Numbered from the stretch's first letter, positions 44,246-54,467 are shown. The stretch is 64,000 nucleotides of DNA from an uncultured delta proteobacterium (GCA_963743305.1 CAVUPH010000007.1:224001-288000); one strand, 5' to 3'. The notes: a model not told the origin generated them from the letters alone. A program made the numbers and translations.

Positions 44246-44324
44246 TTCCGAGCCGCACTCTAAAACCCGGTGAACAGGGGAGGGGAAGTATTTTTTTAGG
44301 CCCCAGGCCTCAAGGAGAATTATT

Positions 44325-44522
44325 ATGCCCAAGATGAAATCCAACCGTGGGGCTGCCAAGCGTTTTAAGATAACCGGCACGGGGAAGGTCGCCCGGTCCA
44401 AGGCTTTCGGCAGCCATATCTTGACCAGTAAAACCCGTAAACGGAAGAGAAAGCTCCGCAAAGGGGCGTTAGTCAGCAAGGCCAACAGTCGAGCCTTGAA
44501 AAGAATGTTACCGTATAGCTGA
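44325..44522 (+). CDS. rpmI: 50S ribosomal protein L35
   Basis: [21 protein letters not shown]. Confidence 0.97.
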   Translation: MPKMKSNRGAAKRFKITGTGKVARSKAFGSHILTSKTRKRKRKLRKGALVSKANSRALKRMLPYS

Positions 44523-44546
44523 TTTCAAATTTTGAGGTGAACGAAA

Positions 44547-44897
44547 ATGCCCAGAGTAAAAAGGGGCTTCAAAGCCCGTCGACGCCGAAACAAAACACTT
44601 AAGATGGCCAAAGGGTATCGGGGGGCTCGCAGTCGCCTGTACAAAACCGCTACCGAGGCTGTAGATCGCGCCCTGAAGTATGCTTACCGGGACCGCCGAG
44701 TCCGCAAACGGGAAATGCGAGGCCTGTGGATCGTCCGGATCAGCGCCGCCGTCAAGCAGCACGGCCTATCCTATAGCCGCTTCATCGGCGACTTGAAAAA
44801 GGCCAATATCGCTTTAGACCGCAAGGTTCTTTCCGAGATGGCCATTCACGACCCCGACCGGTTCAGCCAGTTAATCAAAATGGTTCCCCAGGCGTAA
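44547..44897 (+). CDS. rplT: 50S ribosomal protein L20
   Basis: MPRVKRG, AKGYRG, AYRDRR, LWIVRI. Confidence 0.97.
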   Translation: MPRVKRGFKARRRRNKTLKMAKGYRGARSRLYKTATEAVDRALKYAYRDRRVRKREMRGLWIVRISAAVKQHGLSYSRFIGDLKKANIALDRKVLSEMAIHDPDRFSQLIKMVPQA

Positions 44898-44952
44898 GGT
44901 CGGATCCCTCGGGGGTCGACTCGCCGATTTCAATCGCTTCTGAAATCCGCCC

Positions 44953-45963
44953 ATGTTAAATCGTTTGAAAGTCCTGGAAGAGGCCGTCCGGGCCGCCTTG
45001 CCCCGTTTGGAAAGGCGCGCCGATATTGAGGCTCTGCAGTTCAAGACCCTGGGCCGTAAAGGGGAATTGAACCAGATTATGCGGGATCTGGGGAGCTTGT
45101 CTCCGGAAGAACGGCCGGTTGTAGGCCAGGAGGCCAATAGGATCAAGGGGGAATTGGAGCGTCTCTTCGAGGGGGCCAAAATTTCCCTGGATTCAGGTGT
45201 GAAGGAAGAGTCCTTTTCGGGGATCGATTGGAGCCTGCCCGGTCGGAGGGGTTTTCGTGGCCGGAGGCATCCCCTGACCCAGGTCCTGGACGAGATCTGC
45301 GGCATCTTTTCCCGGCTGAACTTCGAAGTGGTTGAAGGGCCGGAAATAGAGGTGGACTATTATAATTTCGAAGCCTTGAATATTCCCCCGGACCATCCGG
45401 CCCGAGACATGCAGGATACCTTCTACCTCACCGATACCCTGCTTCTCCGCACTCAAACCTCTCCCATGCAGGTGCGGGTCATGGAAAAACGGAAACCCCC
45501 AGTACAAATCATCTCCCCGGGCAAGGTTTATCGGCGGGATTCGGATATATCCCATTCCCCTATGTTTCACCAGGTGGAAGGGTTGATGGTGGGTGCGGGG
45601 ATCAGCTTCGGGGACCTAAAGGGGATTCTGACCTTGTTCGTTCAGCGGATGTTCGGAGAGGAGACCCCGCTGCGCTTTCGCCCCAGCTTTTTTCCTTTTA
45701 CCGAGCCCAGCGCGGAGGTAGACATCGGTTGTGTGCTCTGTCGGGGTGCCGGCTGCCGTCTCTGTTCCCAGACCGGCTGGCTGGAGATTTTGGGCTCGGG
45801 AATGGTCGACCCGGAGGTCTACCGCTTTGTGAATTATGACCCGGATGTCGTCAGCGGGTTTGCCTTTGGTCTGGGGGTGGAACGGATTGCCATGCTCAAG
45901 TACGGCATCGACGATATCCGACTGTTCTATGAGAATGACCAGCGATTTCTGAAGCAATTCTGA
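44953..45963 (+). CDS. pheS: Phenylalanine--tRNA ligase alpha subunit
   Basis: [36 protein letters not shown]. Confidence 0.98.
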   Translation: MLNRLKVLEEAVRAALPRLERRADIEALQFKTLGRKGELNQIMRDLGSLSPEERPVVGQEANRIKGELERLFEGAKISLDSGVKEESFSGIDWSLPGRRGFRGRRHPLTQVLDEICGIFSRLNFEVVEGPEIEVDYYNFEALNIPPDHPARDMQDTFYLTDTLLLRTQTSPMQVRVMEKRKPPVQIISPGKVYRRDSDISHSPMFHQVEGLMVGAGISFGDLKGILTLFVQRMFGEETPLRFRPSFFPFTEPSAEVDIGCVLCRGAGCRLCSQTGWLEILGSGMVDPEVYRFVNYDPDVVSGFAFGLGVERIAMLKYGIDDIRLFYENDQRFLKQF

Positions 45964-46030
45964 TGAGATCCTTAGCGTTTCCAAATAACCTATCCCCTCG
46001 CGCCTTGCGCCTTACGCCTTACTTCGACAG

Positions 46031-48454
46031 ATGAAAGTCACCATAAACTGGTTAAACGAATATGTGGATCTGAGCGGCCTTTCCGCCCCGGAAATCGCCG
46101 AGGCTTTGACCATGGCGGGGCTGGAAGTGGAAGTCGTCCAACCTTTGGGACGAGAGTTGGAGTCCATCGTGGCGGGTCGGGTCCTATCCGTGGAAAAACA
46201 CCCGGAGGCGGATAAACTGGTGCTCTGCCAGGTAGACGCCGGCCAGGGACCGGTGACCATCGTTTGCGGGGCCCCCAATGTCCGCGCCGGGATAACGGTC
46301 CCGGTGGCTATCCCGGGGGTCACCACCCCCGGCGGCCAAAAGATCCAGGTCGCCACCATCCGGAAGCGAACGTCATACGGCATGCTCTGTTCCGAGCGCG
46401 AATTGGGACTTTCGGAGGATCACACCGGAATAATGATTCTGCCCGAAGGGATAGCTCCGGGCGAGCCGCTGAGCCGGATCTTAGGTCTGGAAGATACCCT
46501 CCTGGAAGTCAATATTACCCCCAATCGGGGGGATTGCCTCAGTCACCTGGGCATTGCCCGGGAACTCGCGGCGATCTATGATCGTCCCCTTCGGCCGCCG
46601 GCCGTATCCCTGGAGCGGGAGGGGCTGGAGATTCAGGGAAAAACCTCGGTCACCCTCCTGGAACCCGAACATTGTCCCCGGTACGCGGCCCGGCTTATTC
46701 TGGGGGTGACGGTCGGTCCTTCGCCCCGCTGGTTGCGGCAGCGGCTGGAATCCGTGGGCCTGCGCAGCATCAGCAATATCGTCGATATCACTAACTTTGT
46801 ACTGCTCGAAAGCGGTCAGCCGCTGCATGCCTTCGATTATGACCTCCTGGCGGAAAACCGCATTGTAGTGCGGACGGCACAGCCTAACGAGCCTTTTACC
46901 ACCTTAGACGGTGTCCCCCGAATCCTTTCTTCCGACATGCTGGTAATTGCCGACGGACAAAAAGCGGTGGCCCTGGCCGGTATCATGGGAGGGTTGGATT
47001 CGGAAATCACGAACGAAACGCGAAACGTCCTGCTGGAAAGTGCTTTTTTCAACCCGGTTTCCATTCGACGAACCGCTAAAAAATTGGGTTTGTCCACCGA
47101 GGCCTCGGTTCGTTTTGAACGGGGTGTGGACATTGAGGGGGTCCTTTCGGCGGCCGATCGGGCGGCCCAATTGATGGGGGAATTAGGCGGCGGTGCGATA
47201 GTTCCCGGAGTGCTGGACCAATATCCCCGGCCCGCGTCCAGCCCGCCCATCACCCTGGATGTGGATCAGGCCGGACGGTTTCTGGGGATAGAAATCACTA
47301 CGGAGCAGGCCCTGGATATCGGTCGCCGCCTGGGATTGCCCATGGTCCGGAAAGAGCGGGACCGGATCGAGGTGCGGCCTCCCGCCTTTCGGCCGGACTT
47401 GAGCCGTCCGGTGGACCTGATGGAAGAGCTGGCCCGACTGATCGGTTACGATCGAATTCCCATCACCTACCCCCGGGGGGCCTCCACCGCCGCCAAAGAA
47501 CCGCCGACTCTTTCCTTGCGGCGCCGGATCGAGGAAATCCTGACCGGCCTGGGGTTCGACCAGATTATCACCTACAGTTTCATTGCTGAAAAATGGGCGG
47601 CTTTCTTTTCCCCCTCGGCCGCCGCCCCGAGGAATCCCCCTTATCTCGCCCTGAGCAACCCCCTGTCGGAAGACCAGGCAGTCATGCGAACCTCCCTGCT
47701 GCCCGGCTTACTGTCTACCCTGAAAAGAAACCTGGACCAGCGCAACCTGAACTTACGGATTTTTGAGGTGGGCAAAGTTTTCTATCCCGCTGCGGAATCC
47801 GAACAACTCCCGCGGGAAAATACCCGTCTGGGGGTATTATGGTCCGGAAAGCGGTCCCCGGAATCGTTTCATCGAAAAGGGGACTTAGCGGATTTTTACG
47901 ATCTCAAGGGAGTAGTCGAAAGTCTTTTCGAATCGCTTCAGGTCCAGGGTGCGACTCTAATTCCGGTCCAAAATCGGCCCGGGTATCGGCCGGAGCAAGC
48001 GGTCCGTATCGATTCACCCGCCGGACTATTGGGGGAAATGGGGGAGATCGCTCCGGCGGTCCGGGACCTTTTTGGATTCCGGGAAGGTGCCTATGTGCTG
48101 GATCTGGACCTGGATCAATGCGCTCGGGTCATTCAGGAAACGCCGACCTTTAAACCCTGGCCCCGCTATCCGGAAATAGCCCGAGACATTGCCCTGATTC
48201 TGGATGAGCCGATCACCTGGAAGGCCATTCAGGATGAAATCCATTCCTTGAACCAACCCTTGATTGAAGCCCTTGAACTGTTCGATCTGTATCGGGGAAA
48301 GCCCATTCCGGCGGGAAAAAAGAACCTGGGCATCCGTCTCCACTACCGTTCCGCCGAGCAGACTCTGACGGATGAACTAGTTTCCCCCTTGCACCAGCAG
48401 GTGGTGGAGCATATAATGCATAAATTCCAGGCCTCCCTGCCGGGAACGAAGTAG
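46031..48454 (+). CDS. pheT: Phenylalanine--tRNA ligase beta subunit
   Basis: HPEADKL, IVCGAPN, ITPNRGDCLS, RFERGVD, FDX-ACB C-terminus. Confidence 0.98.
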   Translation: MKVTINWLNEYVDLSGLSAPEIAEALTMAGLEVEVVQPLGRELESIVAGRVLSVEKHPEADKLVLCQVDAGQGPVTIVCGAPNVRAGITVPVAIPGVTTPGGQKIQVATIRKRTSYGMLCSERELGLSEDHTGIMILPEGIAPGEPLSRILGLEDTLLEVNITPNRGDCLSHLGIARELAAIYDRPLRPPAVSLEREGLEIQGKTSVTLLEPEHCPRYAARLILGVTVGPSPRWLRQRLESVGLRSISNIVDITNFVLLESGQPLHAFDYDLLAENRIVVRTAQPNEPFTTLDGVPRILSSDMLVIADGQKAVALAGIMGGLDSEITNETRNVLLESAFFNPVSIRRTAKKLGLSTEASVRFERGVDIEGVLSAADRAAQLMGELGGGAIVPGVLDQYPRPASSPPITLDVDQAGRFLGIEITTEQALDIGRRLGLPMVRKERDRIEVRPPAFRPDLSRPVDLMEELARLIGYDRIPITYPRGASTAAKEPPTLSLRRRIEEILTGLGFDQIITYSFIAEKWAAFFSPSAAAPRNPPYLALSNPLSEDQAVMRTSLLPGLLSTLKRNLDQRNLNLRIFEVGKVFYPAAESEQLPRENTRLGVLWSGKRSPESFHRKGDLADFYDLKGVVESLFESLQVQGATLIPVQNRPGYRPEQAVRIDSPAGLLGEMGEIAPAVRDLFGFREGAYVLDLDLDQCARVIQETPTFKPWPRYPEIARDIALILDEPITWKAIQDEIHSLNQPLIEALELFDLYRGKPIPAGKKNLGIRLHYRSAEQTLTDELVSPLHQQVVEHIMHKFQASLPGTK

Positions 48455-48458
48455 AGGC

Positions 48459-48618
48459 GTTTATTGGGTTTGTTTCGTTCTTTTCGTTTGTTTAGTTGAT
48501 TTCCCTGGAGAAGTCTACCCGATTGGGACTATTATTATGCCGGTTACCGGCAAGGGGTTTTGTTCTTTTAACGAAACAAACCAAACAAACCAAAAGAACG
48601 AAATAAACGAAACCAACG
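48459..48618. repeat. Nonamer-periodic inverted repeat
   Basis: tttattgggtttgtttcgttcttttcgtttgtttagtt ... aacgaaacaaaccaaacaaaccaaaagaacgaaataaacgaaaccaac. Confidence 0.7.
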
Positions 48619-48620
48619 TT

Positions 48621-48995
48621 ATGGACTCCGTGATCATTCCCAATAAGCAGTATTTTAAAATCGGTGAGGTCAGCTCTCTGACCCAGCTTGAGACTTATGT
48701 CCTCCGGTATTGGGAAACGGAATTCAAGAGCATTCGGCCGGTGCGCATGGGTTCCAACCAGCGGCTCTACCGCCGCAAGGATGTGGAAACCATCCTGGAA
48801 ATCAAAAAACTCCTTTACCAGGAGGGGTTTACCATTGCCGGGGCCAAGAAAAAGATCGTCCAGAACCATAAAGCGGAAAAGGAAACCCCGCTCGCCAAAG
48901 AAGAACCGCCGGTCCCCTCTTCCGAGCCACTGAGAAACCTGCTCCGAGAGGTCCGGAAAGAGCTGACGGAAATCCGGCAGGTCCTCTCCAGATAA
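48621..48995 (+). CDS. MerR family transcriptional regulator (pheT/ihfA-associated type)
   Basis: IPNKQYFKIGEVS, VLRYWETEF, RLYRRKDVE, GFTIAGAK. Confidence 0.92.
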   Translation: MDSVIIPNKQYFKIGEVSSLTQLETYVLRYWETEFKSIRPVRMGSNQRLYRRKDVETILEIKKLLYQEGFTIAGAKKKIVQNHKAEKETPLAKEEPPVPSSEPLRNLLREVRKELTEIRQVLSR

Positions 48996-49050
48996 ATTCT
49001 TTCAGGTGCACTCCCAGTAAAACCCGGGAGCTCACCTGAAAGAATTTATA
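48992..49050. repeat. 59-bp MITE-like hairpin flanked by 7-bp direct repeats
   Basis: 17-bp perfect inverted repeats 48992-49008/49033-49049; tctccag at 48985-48991 and 49051-49057. Confidence 0.6.
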
Positions 49051-49128
49051 TCTCCAGCAAGAATCTCCAAATGAACGCCGTCACGCCCCCCAAAGATCCT
49101 TCTCCCCTATGACCCGTTAAAAACCCAG

Positions 49129-50793
49129 ATGCAGGCCTTTCCCCATCAGGCGGGCGTCTATCTCATGCGGGATAGTTCCGGGAAGGTTCTGTATGTGGGG
49201 AAGGCCAAAGATCTCAGGAAAAGAGTACTGTCCTATTTGAAGGCCTCGGGGATCAAGACCATAAAGCTGCTGGACCGGGCGGAGACGATTGAATGCATTC
49301 TGACGGATAATGAAAAAGAAGCCCTGATTCTGGAAAGCAACCTGATCAAGAAGTACCGGCCCCGGTATAACGTGGATCTCCGGGATGACAAACGCTACCC
49401 CTGCCTGCGTTTGGACCCGCAAGAAACCTTTCCTCGGCTCCAGGTGGTGCGTAAAATCCGAAACGACGGGGCCGTCTATTTAGGGCCTTTTTCCGCCGCG
49501 GGGAAGATGCGCGCCACGCTTTTTATGATCCAGCAGGTCTTCCCGCTCCGCCAATGCCGGCAGAAGGAGCTGCCCCGCCGCTCCCGGCCTTGCCTCTATT
49601 ACCAGACCGGACGGTGCCCCGGCCCTTGCCGGGATAAGATTTCCAGCGAAGAATATGGCCGTCGGGTGGATGGTATTATCCAGTTCTTCCAGGGCCATAA
49701 TTCGAACCTGACCCGGGATTTAAAACAACGCATGCAGGAGGCTGCGGACGCCTTTCGGTTTGAAGAGGCGGCTATCCTGCGGGATCAAATCCGGGCGATT
49801 TCAGAGACCTTGAAGGAACAGCATGTGGTTTCCTCGCGCCTGGAACAGGCTGATGTGCTGGCCTTGGTCGAGTCCGCCGAGGCGATTGCCGCCGTTATTC
49901 TGTTCATTCGTTTTGGATCGGTGGCCGGGATGGCCCGATTTCTGTTTCGGGACCCCTCCCAACCGCTGGAGGAGGTTTTGGCCGATCTGATTACCCAGTA
50001 TTACCGGAAGGATCGTTACCTGCCCCCGAGGATTTTTGTTCCTTTTCCTTTTGAAGACCGGTTGCTGCTGGAAGAGATCCTTTCCGAACAAAAAGGGGAG
50101 CTAGTGAAACTGGTGGTTCCTCGGCGCGGTGAGGCCCGACATTGGCTGGAGATGGCCGAAGAGAATGCCCGCGTCGCCCTCAAAGGAAAAGAGGCCGACC
50201 GGAATTTTCAGGAGACCATTGCCACCCCGCTTCAGGAAAGGCTAGAGCTAAAAAAGCACCCGGTCCGGGTGGGGGCTTTGGATATTTCCAATCTCCAGGG
50301 CCGTCAGGCTGTGGGCTCCTGGGTGGTTTTTAACCAGGGACTGCCGGAAAAATCCAGATATCGCCGGTTTCGAATCCGAACAGTGGAACAGCCCAATGAC
50401 TATGCCATGATGGCCGAGGTGATCGGCCGTCTGATCCGGCACCCCGAGGAAATCCCCGATCTGATACTCATCGATGGCGGGAAAGGGCAGTTAAATATTT
50501 TAAAGGAAATTTTTGACTCTCTGCCGGAGAAACAGCGGCCGGACCTCGCGGCGATCGCTAAAAAAACCTTTCTCGCTTCAGGGGGGAAAGACGGGATTTA
50601 TCTGCCTGGACGCAAGAACCCGTTGAATCTGCGGTCCGATTCCCCGGTGCTTCATTTTTTACAGCGGGTCCGGGATGAGGCCCACCGGTTCGCCCTGAGC
50701 TACCACCACTTGCTGCGGAGGAAGGAGATCCGCCAAGAGCAGGGCGCTGAGCGCGTAGCGCGTAGCGCGGAGTGCAAGGCGCAAGGCACCTGA
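49129..50793 (+). CDS. uvrC: Excinuclease ABC subunit UvrC, lacking the C-terminal HhH domain
   Basis: GIY-YIG (GVYLM..YVGKAKDL), UVR (FEEAAILRD), DISN, LIDGGKGQL, RDEAHRFA; ends inside a heptamer repeat. Confidence 0.93.
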   Translation: MQAFPHQAGVYLMRDSSGKVLYVGKAKDLRKRVLSYLKASGIKTIKLLDRAETIECILTDNEKEALILESNLIKKYRPRYNVDLRDDKRYPCLRLDPQETFPRLQVVRKIRNDGAVYLGPFSAAGKMRATLFMIQQVFPLRQCRQKELPRRSRPCLYYQTGRCPGPCRDKISSEEYGRRVDGIIQFFQGHNSNLTRDLKQRMQEAADAFRFEEAAILRDQIRAISETLKEQHVVSSRLEQADVLALVESAEAIAAVILFIRFGSVAGMARFLFRDPSQPLEEVLADLITQYYRKDRYLPPRIFVPFPFEDRLLLEEILSEQKGELVKLVVPRRGEARHWLEMAEENARVALKGKEADRNFQETIATPLQERLELKKHPVRVGALDISNLQGRQAVGSWVVFNQGLPEKSRYRRFRIRTVEQPNDYAMMAEVIGRLIRHPEEIPDLILIDGGKGQLNILKEIFDSLPEKQRPDLAAIAKKTFLASGGKDGIYLPGRKNPLNLRSDSPVLHFLQRVRDEAHRFALSYHHLLRRKEIRQEQGAERVARSAECKAQGT

Positions 50794-50907
50794 ACTGGGG
50801 TGGAGGTTTCAGGATTTTGCTCATCCCCCAACCAAGGGGCGCACACCTGTCAGCCCGTGGTTCCAAGGGTTTTCTGTTTTTCCGCTCTGCGCTCCGCGCT
50901 TCGCGCC
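50743..50907. repeat. GC-rich heptamer-periodic inverted repeat overlapping the uvrC 3' end
   Basis: ggcgctgagcgcgtagcgcgtagcgcggagtgcaaggcgcaaggc ... ccgctctgcgctccgcgcttcgcgcc. Confidence 0.75.
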
Positions 50908-50993
50908 AGACGTTTTTAATTGCAAATTCACCCGCACCTTATTATGATAATCTGTTTTTTTATTGATTCGATTTAAAGAGGCGGAGGCAGCGC

Positions 50994-51464
50994 ATGTTTG
51001 GCATCGGCATGCCGGAATTTCTTCTCATTCTGGTGGTCGCCCTGGTGGTGTTGGGTCCCAAGAGACTCCCGGAACTGGCCCGTTCTCTAGGCCGAGGGCT
51101 GGCGGAATTGAAGAAAACCACCGGAGATCTGAAGCAGAATATCGATCTGGGGGAAGACCTGAATAAAGTCCAGCAAGACCTTCAGGAAGTCAAGAGTCAC
51201 CTCTCAGGGGTCATCCAGACGAATTTTCTGGAAGACCCGATTCCGAAATACCTGGGGGATAGCGAACCCCAATCCGAAGAGGAACTCGAACCGACTGCCG
51301 ATGCCTTTTCAGGGGGTCCGGTGGCGGCGGCGTCCTCCGCGACCACGGAACAAGGACCGCTGGTCACCAGCGAGGCGGAGGATATCCGCCGGGAACTGGA
51401 AGAAATGGCTGATCGAACCTACCGGGAAGACCACCCCTATTCCGGGAAATCCTTCTTGTTATAA
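50994..51464 (+). CDS. tatB: Twin-arginine translocase TatB (TatA/B family)
   Basis: MFGIGMPEFLLILVVALVVLGPKRLPELARSLG. Confidence 0.88.
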   Translation: MFGIGMPEFLLILVVALVVLGPKRLPELARSLGRGLAELKKTTGDLKQNIDLGEDLNKVQQDLQEVKSHLSGVIQTNFLEDPIPKYLGDSEPQSEEELEPTADAFSGGPVAAASSATTEQGPLVTSEAEDIRRELEEMADRTYREDHPYSGKSFLL

Positions 51465-52216
51465 TGACCGATAAGAATGAAAAATCCATGCCCTTCATGT
51501 CTCACCTGGGAGAGCTGCGTAATCGGTTGATCGTCTCCTTTGTGGCCGTGGGTATTGGGTTTGCCGTGGCCTACGCTTTTTCCAACGAACTCTTCGAGTG
51601 GCTGGTCCGCCCTATGGTCAAAGTCCTCCCGCCCGGGGACAAGCTGGTCTTTACGGCGCTGCCCGAGGCCTTTTTTATCTACCTGAAAGTGAGCCTCATC
51701 GCCGGGATCGTCCTGGCTTCACCGGTGATATTTTTTGAACTCTGGATGTTCGTGGCTCCGGGGCTCCATCAGAAGGAAAAACGGTTTGTCTTGCCCTTCG
51801 TCCTCATCTCCTCCGGGCTTTTCGCCGGGGGAGCGCTATTCGGTTATTACGTGGTCTTTCCGGTGGGCTTCAAGTTCCTGGCCGGTTTCGCCACGGAAAA
51901 TATCAAGGCCCTGCCTTCCATCCAACTGTACCTCAATTTCTGCCTCAAGCTGCTCCTGGGTTTTGGTCTGGTTTTCGAGTTCCCGGTACTGGCATTCTTT
52001 TTAGCCAAGGCCGGAATCCTCAATGCCAAAATGATGGCCAACAACCGCCGGGTGGCCATCCTGCTGATTTTCGTGGTGGCCGCCGTCGTCACCCCCCCCG
52101 ATGTGGTCTCCCAGATCCTCTTGTCCATCCCCCTCTACGGGCTCTACGAAGTCAGCATCCTGATCGTCCGCTTGATCGATCGGAAAAGAGCGAAGGCGCT
52201 CAGGGAACAAAGTTGA
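51464..52216 (+). CDS. tatC: Twin-arginine translocase TatC
   Basis: HLGELRNRL, FVAPGL..EK, FEFPV, TPPD. Confidence 0.96.
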   Translation: MTDKNEKSMPFMSHLGELRNRLIVSFVAVGIGFAVAYAFSNELFEWLVRPMVKVLPPGDKLVFTALPEAFFIYLKVSLIAGIVLASPVIFFELWMFVAPGLHQKEKRFVLPFVLISSGLFAGGALFGYYVVFPVGFKFLAGFATENIKALPSIQLYLNFCLKLLLGFGLVFEFPVLAFFLAKAGILNAKMMANNRRVAILLIFVVAAVVTPPDVVSQILLSIPLYGLYEVSILIVRLIDRKRAKALREQS

Positions 52217-52570
52217 TTCTCCCCTGAAAAAACCATTCAAGGCAAGGCAAGCCCTTACCCTCGAGCTCTGAGTACTAGGCTCAACGCCCAAAGAGCAGGA
52301 GGTTCCCCTAAAAGAATGGATGTCGGGTGCACCGTGATCAAGCCTGTTTCATAGGACTTTTAATTGCAATACTAGTTGACAGTAAAGCCGACCAAACCTT
52401 AAATCAGGGAAAATGACCATTTATAGAGCGGGAGATCTGTTATGCTTGTCTATGGAACAAAGCGGTAAAAATCTCTTCCAAAGGGCAACGATCACTCTTC
52501 CCGGCAGTGAGTCCGGGAGACGAACAGTGCGATATCGTGCGAATCGTTAGCGTTCAGATCGAAGCTTGAT

Positions 52571-52994
52571 CTACCATGGAAGGTGCGAATCATTCTCCCG
52601 GGCAGCCTGGGCCAATCTCTGGTCAAAACAGGCGAAAAGGAAATCTTAGGGAGGCTATCCCGGGTTAAAACGGCCGAGGCCAAATGGATGGCATCAAAAC
52701 CCCTAAGGGGATAACTTTCTACAACTCTGAGGACTATTTCATTCAATTCGTCGGTCACTTCGACTCGGAAGAAACTTTTCCAGTCCAGAAAAAAGGTCTC
52801 CACGACCCGTTGGATTACCTCAACCTCAAGGGCCGACTCTCTTTTTTTGCGAAAAATAGAAGCCACGGTTTCCGCGTAGGCACAGAGGAGGTGACGATTA
52901 TCTCGGCCTGGATCCACCTGGAAAGAAGTTCGTTCGATTGCTGTTCCAAAAAATACCTTTTCACCAGGGCGCTCGTATCCAGGTAGAGGATCAT
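52571..52994 (-). pseudogene. VapC-like PIN toxin with two frameshifts
   Basis: MILYLDTSALVKRYF..VTSSV / AYAE..LRGFDAIHLASA / FACFDQRLAQAA; ATGA overlap with the antitoxin. Confidence 0.8.
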
Positions 52995-53269
52995 CGGCGA
53001 TCCTCAATGACCATTTCAGAAACCGGTTTTCCAGGGACCGCCAGCGGGCTTAAGTCCGTGCTGATCAGATCCCGGGTTGGAAGGGAAATCAACCCTCGAC
53101 TGATCAGCGGTTCCATGGCGGTGCGGATAGATTGCTTCCTCGTCCCTTCCTTGATAATCCGGGCCACCACTTTGCCATGTTCGGTGATTACCACGTCTTC
53201 ACCCGCTTTTACCAGGGCAAGATAGCGACTCAAATTGTTTTTGGTATCTTTGATTCCGGCTGTGATCAT
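52991..53269 (-). CDS. Phd/YefM family antitoxin
   Basis: GIKDTKNNLSRYLALVKAGEDVVITEHGKVVARI; AAGGAG RBS. Confidence 0.88.
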   Translation of the reverse strand: MITAGIKDTKNNLSRYLALVKAGEDVVITEHGKVVARIIKEGTRKQSIRTAMEPLISRGLISLPTRDLISTDLSPLAVPGKPVSEMVIEDRR

Positions 53270-53292
53270 TGGGGGCACTCCTTATCATGGAA

Positions 53293-53337
53293 GGGCTACT
53301 TTTATTTAATTGTAGCTACTTTTAAGGTGGGTGTCAA
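53293..53337 (-). promoter_or_regulatory. Promoter/operator of the phd-vapC pair
   Basis: TTGACA-N17-TACAAT; 8-bp palindrome GTAGCTAC (53312-53319) overlaps the -10; gctactttta repeated at 53295 and 53315. Confidence 0.65.
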
Positions 53338-53446
53338 GGAATAAAGAGTACTAAATCAGTCGCGGCTACCGCCTGACTTTCCGTTTTTAGGATCGGATTC
53401 TCGAACTCCGCCGGGTTGGAACCCATGACCTTTTGAAGCCGCGGGT

Positions 53447-53800
53447 CTATTCACAATCTTCCGCTTCCAAGTCGAGGATCAAAGCCAGGGATTTTTTTAT
53501 TTGAGTCATTTCCAGCGGGGTGACCGAACCCAACCGCTCCAAGACCCTCTGGTGGCTGACGGCCCGGATTTGAAAACAGTCGACAGCCGATCTCTTTTTC
53601 AGCCCGTTTTGTCTGGACGGGTCCAGGCGGATAAAAAATGGGTTGCTCTCCCAAGAAGCAGTCCAGTTGGTCAGGGGGACGACGATGGCCAGGCGCAGGT
53701 GTTTCTCGTGGCCGTTGTTTAAAATCACTACCGGGCGCTTTTTCCTGATCTCCTCTCCCAGGGTCGGGTCCAGGTTGACCCAAACAATATCACCGATCAT
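53447..53800 (-). CDS. PemK/MazF family toxin
   Basis: GDIVWVNLDPTLGEEIRKKRPVVIL, VVPLT, NGL, FQIRAVS..R. Confidence 0.9.
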   Translation of the reverse strand: MIGDIVWVNLDPTLGEEIRKKRPVVILNNGHEKHLRLAIVVPLTNWTASWESNPFFIRLDPSRQNGLKKRSAVDCFQIRAVSHQRVLERLGSVTPLEMTQIKKSLALILDLEAEDCE

Positions 53801-54029
53801 CAAAGTCTTCTCCCTCGATACCCTCAAAAAGGTTTTCATAAACCTCCCGGCCGATCTGTTCCATGGCGATCGATCGTTTTAAGGCCTTCAGCTTTTTTCG
53901 GTCTTCGCGCACTTTGTCCTGAATCGCTTCCCTCATATAGTGACTGAGACTTCTATAGGAGAGGGTCTTATAGGCTTTCTTGATGAATTCAAAGTCTTTT
54001 TCTTCGATTTGGATTTTATTCTGGATCAT
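53790..54029 (-). CDS. Putative RHH-type antitoxin of the MazF toxin
   Basis: Small ORF overlapping the toxin start; RSLSHYMREAI helix and acidic tail. Confidence 0.7.
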   Translation of the reverse strand: MIQNKIQIEEKDFEFIKKAYKTLSYRSLSHYMREAIQDKVREDRKKLKALKRSIAMEQIGREVYENLFEGIEGEDFDDR

Positions 54030-54120
54030 AAATGTACCCCTTCTACTTAGTACCAAAAGTTTACCCTAAAAAAATAGCCCCTTTCAAGGGAAATGTATAT
54101 CCGCCCAAAAAAACAAGAAA

Positions 54121-54150
54121 GTTGACTCTTTTCAACCGTTTTAATAAAGT
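54121..54150 (+). promoter_or_regulatory. Promoter with an inverted repeat over the -35
   Basis: TTGACT(54122)-N17-TAAAGT(54145); gttga-N6-tcaac at 54121-54136; ATG only 8 nt after the -10. Confidence 0.55.
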
Positions 54151-54158
54151 TGTTTTCT

Positions 54159-54467
54159 ATGGGCCTGACACATGAACAAATAGAAGAAAGAAGCATCGTC
54201 CTCCACCGGGTGATCGCTCAGCGGATCAATGAGAATCCCGCGCTTTTGGATTTGGCCCGTCACAATCTCCGGCGCTGGATCGATCAACAGGGGGAACGCC
54301 TCTATTGGACCGAATGGGAAAAAATTCTGGAGGATCCAATGGAGGAAATTCTCGCTTTTATGGTTTCACCAACGGAGAGAGCCCGCCGGCTGCGCCAGTC
54401 CAGCCCATTCTGCGGTATCCTGACCCCGAGGGAAAGGTGGAAAATTTATGAATCGTTTACAGCTTGA
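54159..54467 (+). CDS. Hypothetical protein (RLRQSSPF motif), partner of the downstream nucleotidyltransferase-like gene
   Basis: 102-aa ORF overlapping the next gene by 20 nt. Confidence 0.75.
   Translation: MGLTHEQIEERSIVLHRVIAQRINENPALLDLARHNLRRWIDQQGERLYWTEWEKILEDPMEEILAFMVSPTERARRLRQSSPFCGILTPRERWKIYESFTA

Noticed and set aside
53395-53445. tRNA-like fragment (ggtcatgggttccaaccc on the minus strand)
   Set aside because: Only a weak T-arm resemblance; no acceptor stem or anticodon arm.
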